DNA of 64,000 nucleotides from a virus: the IMG/VR virus record IMGVR_UViG_3300046492_000199. One strand, given 5' to 3'. The stretch's first letter is position 1; the number at the start of each line of letters is the position of its first letter. This document shows, one piece after another, positions 59,323 to 64,000 of this stretch. The notes beneath the pieces were generated by a model, which saw only the letters and a list, made by a program, of their open reading frames with translations, was not told the DNA's origin and did not search any database. The position numbers and the translations under genes were made by a program.

Positions 59323-60906
59323 ATGAATTTATCGGACAAAGAAATTTTCCATGCCATCAAAAAGTATGGCAGTGCCCGCAAAGCAGCTAAAGAATTAGGA
59401 ATTCCTAAGTCAACATTCTCAGACGCGGTGCGCAGAATTCGCACCGGGAACCTTACCGAAACTAAAGTTATCAAGCCGGTAGTTTTTAAAGCACCTAAGA
59501 AGAAGGGTGTGGTAAAGCGCTACATCCTCACCAGTGTTCAAGACGGAACCAAGATTCACCCTTTCTTCGATGTGCTTAAAGTTTATGCCGATTACCTCGA
59601 TGCTCAAATTATGGTTTCTGGTTATACCTACAATAAATCACTTTTCCAAGAGCATAGCAAGCACAAAGTTGTTTTCCCTTACGAGGTTCAACCTTATCTC
59701 ACGAATGACCGAGTCCTGCTAGGTGACAATGTTGTGTTCGCCGGGGAAATGAATATCCTCCCCACGGCAAGTGACCCACTGCTAGGGCTAAAGACTTATA
59801 CCGAAAACAAGTGGGGCATCATTCCGCACGCAAAGATTCGTCTAGAATCTGTACCAATGATGAAGGGCGATCCAGCAAAGATCGTCATGACGACTGGCAC
59901 GATCTCTAAGCCTAATTATGTTCAAAAAAGGGCGGGCCTGATTGCTGAATTTCATCACACATATGGTGCTGTTCTGGTTGAGGTTTGTGCCAACGGCGAA
60001 TTCTTCTGCCGTCACCTCATGGGCGAAGATGATACAGGTAATTTCTACGACTTGACACGCTATGTCACAGCAGATGGCGTTATAGAAGGCAATCGAGTCG
60101 CTGCAATTACGTGGGGCGACATTCATTTAGACAAATTAGATGAAACAGCTTCAGTCGCCGCTTTAGGCTTTTCGCCATCAATGAAGCGTAATATCGTCAG
60201 TAATTCGCTCCTCGATATCTTGAAACCTTACCATCAATTCTTTCACGACACGGTCGATTTTCGCCGCAGAAATCACCACTCTATCAACGATCCCCATTTC
60301 AGGTTTGAGATGTGGGTAAATAATACTGAGAATGTGGAGAGCGAGTTCACGGACGCGGCGCTGTTCCTCCGTGAGACGAAGAGGGATTGGTGCAACAGTG
60401 TTGTCATCGAATCGAATCACGATACAGCCCTATCTAAATGGTTGAAGACTGGTGATTATAGGCAAGACCCTGTAAACGCTATCTTTTTCCTAGAGACTCA
60501 ACTCGGTAAATACAAAGCTCTTCGCGATGGCGTTACCGACTATAACATCTTTTGGGAATCTATCAAGCGCTATAGTCCTGACAATGCAGCTGGCCTTGTG
60601 TTCGTCCCTGAAGATCAGTCATACAAGGTGTGCGGAATTGAGAATGGGATGCACGGCCATCTAGGCGCAAACGGGGCACGGCCTTCGCCACGATCCTTCT
60701 CCCGCATGGGCACGAAGGCTAACACGGCCCATGCTCACAGCGCCAGTATCTTTGACGGGATTTGGACCTGTGGCGTAATGGGTAAACTAGACATGGGATA
60801 TAACAAGGGCCTTAGCTCTTGGAGCCCGACCCACACCCTGACTCACCTTAACGCGAAGCGCCAGATGCTGACCATGAGCCCTAGTGGTAGATTTTATGCG
60901 GAGTAA
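59323..60906 (+). CDS. N-terminal HTH fused to calcineurin-like phosphoesterase-fold protein
   Basis: SARKAAKELGIPKSTFSD (HTH); WGDIH, HD..DF..RNHH, ESNHD, HGH, HAHS. Confidence 0.7.
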   Translation: MNLSDKEIFHAIKKYGSARKAAKELGIPKSTFSDAVRRIRTGNLTETKVIKPVVFKAPKKKGVVKRYILTSVQDGTKIHPFFDVLKVYADYLDAQIMVSGYTYNKSLFQEHSKHKVVFPYEVQPYLTNDRVLLGDNVVFAGEMNILPTASDPLLGLKTYTENKWGIIPHAKIRLESVPMMKGDPAKIVMTTGTISKPNYVQKRAGLIAEFHHTYGAVLVEVCANGEFFCRHLMGEDDTGNFYDLTRYVTADGVIEGNRVAAITWGDIHLDKLDETASVAALGFSPSMKRNIVSNSLLDILKPYHQFFHDTVDFRRRNHHSINDPHFRFEMWVNNTENVESEFTDAALFLRETKRDWCNSVVIESNHDTALSKWLKTGDYRQDPVNAIFFLETQLGKYKALRDGVTDYNIFWESIKRYSPDNAAGLVFVPEDQSYKVCGIENGMHGHLGANGARPSPRSFSRMGTKANTAHAHSASIFDGIWTCGVMGKLDMGYNKGLSSWSPTHTLTHLNAKRQMLTMSPSGRFYAE

Positions 60907-61112
60907 AATAAATGGCTGATTATGACGGCGATCCGACAAAGCAACCATCAGAATGTAAACCTGTGTTCACTCCATCCCACCACAACCCTCACTTCGGAAC
61001 TTGGTCTCAGTGTCCAAATCTTTATGAGAATGGTGGTGGGATGGAGAGCGAGCGTTACAAGTGTGATGTTTGCGGAAAATATTATACCCTCTATTATGAG
61101 GATATGGCGTAA

Positions 61113-61445
61113 TCACTCCTCGATAGAAGATTCCTTCAATTCGTAGATCGCGTCTGAAACTTCAAATCCATGAATCAAGTCTTGAAGAATCATCTGCCCC
61201 TCAAAACACGCCTCGAAATCTTTACGATTAAAAGTCATATCAGGAAGTTTCTCCATTCTTGCTGAATGGAGTGTTCCCATTCCATCCACGTAAGCGTCTT
61301 TCGTCACGGCGCGAAGGTGTACAGTGACCTTGTCGCCGTGCATCCTGCCAAAATTTTTGGCCCAATTATTAAGGGCCTCGATTGAGCTTTCTCCTTTGCC
61401 CCAAGACTGGCCACCGACTGCCATGACGTGAGTAAGCTGTTCCAT
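61113..61445 (-). CDS. isolated minus-strand hypothetical gene
   Basis: AAGGAG RBS; own promoter TTGACA (61510-05), 17 nt, TACATT (61487-82). Confidence 0.65.
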   Translation of the reverse strand: MEQLTHVMAVGGQSWGKGESSIEALNNWAKNFGRMHGDKVTVHLRAVTKDAYVDGMGTLHSARMEKLPDMTFNRKDFEACFEGQMILQDLIHGFEVSDAIYELKESSIEE

Positions 61446-61725
61446 TTACGTTTCTCCTTATGTGATGGGCTAACAAAACCCAATGTAAGGAAAATCAATA
61501 AGTTTGTCAACACCTAAATTTAACCCATGGTGAGATATGAAAATTATTATAAGAGATAATCTCGATAGAGAAAGCGTGGCTGACAGGCTAGTCGCTGAAA
61601 ACGTCGATAAAAATTACGCCGAATTTATTGCGGATAAGCTAAACGATTATTTTGGTGGTGGAGGCTATTTTTCTGTTGAGCAAGATGATTATGTCCTCTG
61701 GCGCGGCATGGAAGAATTAATTTAA

Positions 61726-62166
61726 ATGACTTTACAAATTAAAAAATATGTGTTAGGATTTGCGTTCTGGCGCGGCTGTGTGGCTTTGATTTATAAAACC
61801 AAAGGGCCTTCCTATGTCATTTCGACATGGAACGGTATCGGCGGTAAGGTTGAAGAGCAAGATGATGGGTGGATCGAAGGCGCTATGATGCGCGAATTTG
61901 CCGAAGAAACTCATCTCGTCATCGGTCCCGATCTTTGGAACCACTTCGCTACTCAGCACGGAGAAGGTTACGAACTTAATTGCCTCGCCGCTACAATTCC
62001 AGATGATTTCGACGCGGCTAATATTTCAAACACTGAAGGTGATGGCGAAGTAGTTCAATGGTTCCAGATGCATAACCTGCCAAAGAACATTACACCAAAC
62101 CTTTCGTGGATGCTGCCTCTCGCCACGGATAAAACAACCGGCTACCTAGAGATTACTGAACGATGA
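61726..62166 (+). CDS. Nudix hydrolase
   Basis: WNGIGGKVE......AMMREFAEET Nudix box. Confidence 0.85.
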   Translation: MTLQIKKYVLGFAFWRGCVALIYKTKGPSYVISTWNGIGGKVEEQDDGWIEGAMMREFAEETHLVIGPDLWNHFATQHGEGYELNCLAATIPDDFDAANISNTEGDGEVVQWFQMHNLPKNITPNLSWMLPLATDKTTGYLEITER

Positions 62167-62620
62167 TTGTTTACGCCCTTGAACTGGAATATGAAGACGT
62201 GACAGGCGAAAGCCATTTCGAGTTACGTTCGCTGTACGAAACTCATGACGACGCGCTGTGGTACTGGACTTGGCACGTCTCTGACGCTGATAAAAAATCA
62301 ATTTATAAAAATTATCGAATTTCCAAATGGACAATCTAAAATGTACTCCATCAGATATTTAATTAAAAAAGAAGGTTCTCAGATTGCGTTCTGGAACCAC
62401 AACGCGAGTCATGATCTGGCCAAGGCGCTAGAGATTGCGTTCAAGTTTGGCACGGACCATAACAACACTGTCATGACCAATTCTGGTTGGATCAAAGAAG
62501 ACAAAGACCTTTACAGAATGAAGATTGTCTACGCCCTGACCCATCCCGAAGATACGACAAACTTCGCGCTGCATATCACGGTATCATTGGCCAGCGAAAC
62601 ACACAAATCAAACTTTTAAC

Positions 62621-64000
62621 GTGCCGAGGGTTCACAATAAGTATCACAACACCGCCCCTAACGGGGCCGTATATTGCGGTCGCGGCTCTAGGTTCGGCAA
62701 TCCCTTCGTCATAGGAAGTGACGGTGATAGGGATGAGGTGTGTGACAAGTTTGAAAAATTAATTCTTCCTACTCTCGATGTATCAGATTTGAAAGGCAAA
62801 GATTTGGTCTGCTTCTGCAAACCGAAACGTTGCCACTGTGATGCTATTCTATTAAAAGCTAATAAAGAAGAAAAAATGAAACTTAGAACAGCGCTATTCG
62901 ATATTGAAGGTGATGGACTTTTAAAAAGTAAGTTCATTAAATATGAAGACGAACTAGTTGAAATTCCTCCCATGACAAAGATTCATTGTCTTTGCATCAC
63001 GGAATTCGAGACAGGTAGAAAATTTAAATTTGTTGGTCTGAAGGAAATCGAAAAGGGTGTTAAGCTTCTTGAACAAGCTGAGATGGTCGTGGGCCATAAC
63101 ATTCTGGACTTCGACTTAAGAGCGATAGCTAAAGTTTTCCCATGGTTTGAATTCCGTGGCAAGGTTCGCGATACGCTTGTCATGACACGTCTGATGTTCT
63201 CACACCAGAAAGAATTGGATTTTCGCCTCCACGAACGCGATAGACTTCCGTCTAAATTCATCGGTCGTCACAGCTTGGATAGTTGGGGCTACAGAATTGG
63301 GAAGTGGAAAGGCGACTATTCGGAACAGAAAGAAAAGGAAGCAAAAGCTCTTGGAATTACTAATCCTCTTGCAATACATATGCATGTATGGGGAACCTAC
63401 AATGAGGAAATGGGTGAGTATTGCGAAAACGACGTTGACGTTACTGAAGAACTTTGGAAGATGCTCATTGAGCTTAACTATCCAGAGTTTCCGATCATCT
63501 TCGAACACGAAATCGCGGATCGACTGATCCAGCAAGAGGATAACGGATTCCCATTCGACACCGACGCGGCTAACAAACTCAGACTAGAGCTTGAAAAGTT
63601 CAGGGAAATTATCAGCCTAGAGTGTGAAGAGAAGTTCCCCGGCAGAATGGAACCTCAGAAACATGTCACATATAGTCAGCTGAGAGAAGATTTCAATGGT
63701 GTGAATTGGGACGCGGTTAATAACATTGAACTTGAAAATTCGGTCTACGAAATGTTGGCCAATCATCCAAGCGATAAGAAGACGCCGCAAATCATGATCC
63801 CTAAAAGGTCCATCAATTACAAGGATGTGACTAAAGGCGATAGAACAGCTGGTGCCCCTTATACCCCGGTTTATTACAAAGAGTTCAATCCCGGATCGCG
63901 TCAACAGGTCGCGGAACGTTTGATCGAACTTGGCTGGAAGCCTGAAGAGTTTACGGAGAAGGGTCAGCCGCAGGTAAACGAAATCACACTCAAACACGCC
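62621..64000 (+). CDS. DUF4326-like domain in frame with T7-like family A DNA polymerase (partial, runs off right edge)
   Basis: Manual translation from GTG 62621: VYCGRGSRFGNPF..G..GDRDEVCDKF...LKGKDLVCFCKPKRCHCD. No stop follows before ATG 62876: FDIEGDGLL (ExoI), GHNILDFD (ExoII), DTLV.TRL, GRHSLDSWGYRIG..KG, YCENDV (ExoIII), FNPGSRQQV...GWKP..FTEKGQP.V. Confidence 0.85.
   Translation, partial: MPRVHNKYHNTAPNGAVYCGRGSRFGNPFVIGSDGDRDEVCDKFEKLILPTLDVSDLKGKDLVCFCKPKRCHCDAILLKANKEEKMKLRTALFDIEGDGLLKSKFIKYEDELVEIPPMTKIHCLCITEFETGRKFKFVGLKEIEKGVKLLEQAEMVVGHNILDFDLRAIAKVFPWFEFRGKVRDTLVMTRLMFSHQKELDFRLHERDRLPSKFIGRHSLDSWGYRIGKWKGDYSEQKEKEAKALGITNPLAIHMHVWGTYNEEMGEYCENDVDVTEELWKMLIELNYPEFPIIFEHEIADRLIQQEDNGFPFDTDAANKLRLELEKFREIISLECEEKFPGRMEPQKHVTYSQLREDFNGVNWDAVNNIELENSVYEMLANHPSDKKTPQIMIPKRSINYKDVTKGDRTAGAPYTPVYYKEFNPGSRQQVAERLIELGWKPEEFTEKGQPQVNEITLKHA

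Noticed and set aside
62644-63997. Minus-strand ORFs 62644-62973, 62983-63261, 63200-63535 and 63617-63997 in the track
   Set aside because: They are antisense shadows of the + strand polymerase, which carries clear Exo I-III motifs.
1-64000. tRNA genes, CRISPR arrays, introns or inteins
   Set aside because: No cloverleaf/T-loop signatures, spaced direct repeats or interrupted conserved genes were noticed by eye. tRNAscan-SE and Infernal were not run.

Overview
Gene-dense window from a large dsDNA bacteriophage genome, covering an early/middle accessory and DNA-metabolism region. It contains no recognisable virion structural genes, tRNAs, rRNAs or CRISPR arrays. Most genes are on the + strand. 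Minus-strand blocks occupy 1-6.2 kb, ~27.8-29 kb and ~61.1-61.45 kb. Recognisable replication genes are an AEP-type primase-helicase, rIIA/rIIB, ATP-dependent DNA ligase, SNF2 helicase, thymidine kinase and a T7-like family A DNA polymerase that runs off the right edge. That polymerase is missing from the ORF track and is preceded in frame, with no stop, by a DUF4326-like domain. The accessory content is dominated by probable counter-defence and host-takeover functions. These include two NAD+ salvage routes (PnuC/NadR and NadM-Nudix/NAMPT) with macro-like, SLOG and Nudix genes. There is also a large RNA-repair set: three RNA ligases, a cyclic-phosphate receiver domain, an R2K ATP-grasp protein, split PNKP halves and a Thg1-like enzyme. 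Other notable genes are a MotA/MotB-like membrane trio, an RNA polymerase alpha-CTD-like protein, a class II aaRS-like/MazG-like pair, a TAXI solute-binding protein and a Bcs1-like ATPase. Many sigma70-type promoters are present, several embedded in perfect palindromes. All family calls come from motif recognition by eye, not database searches. The host cannot be determined from this window.
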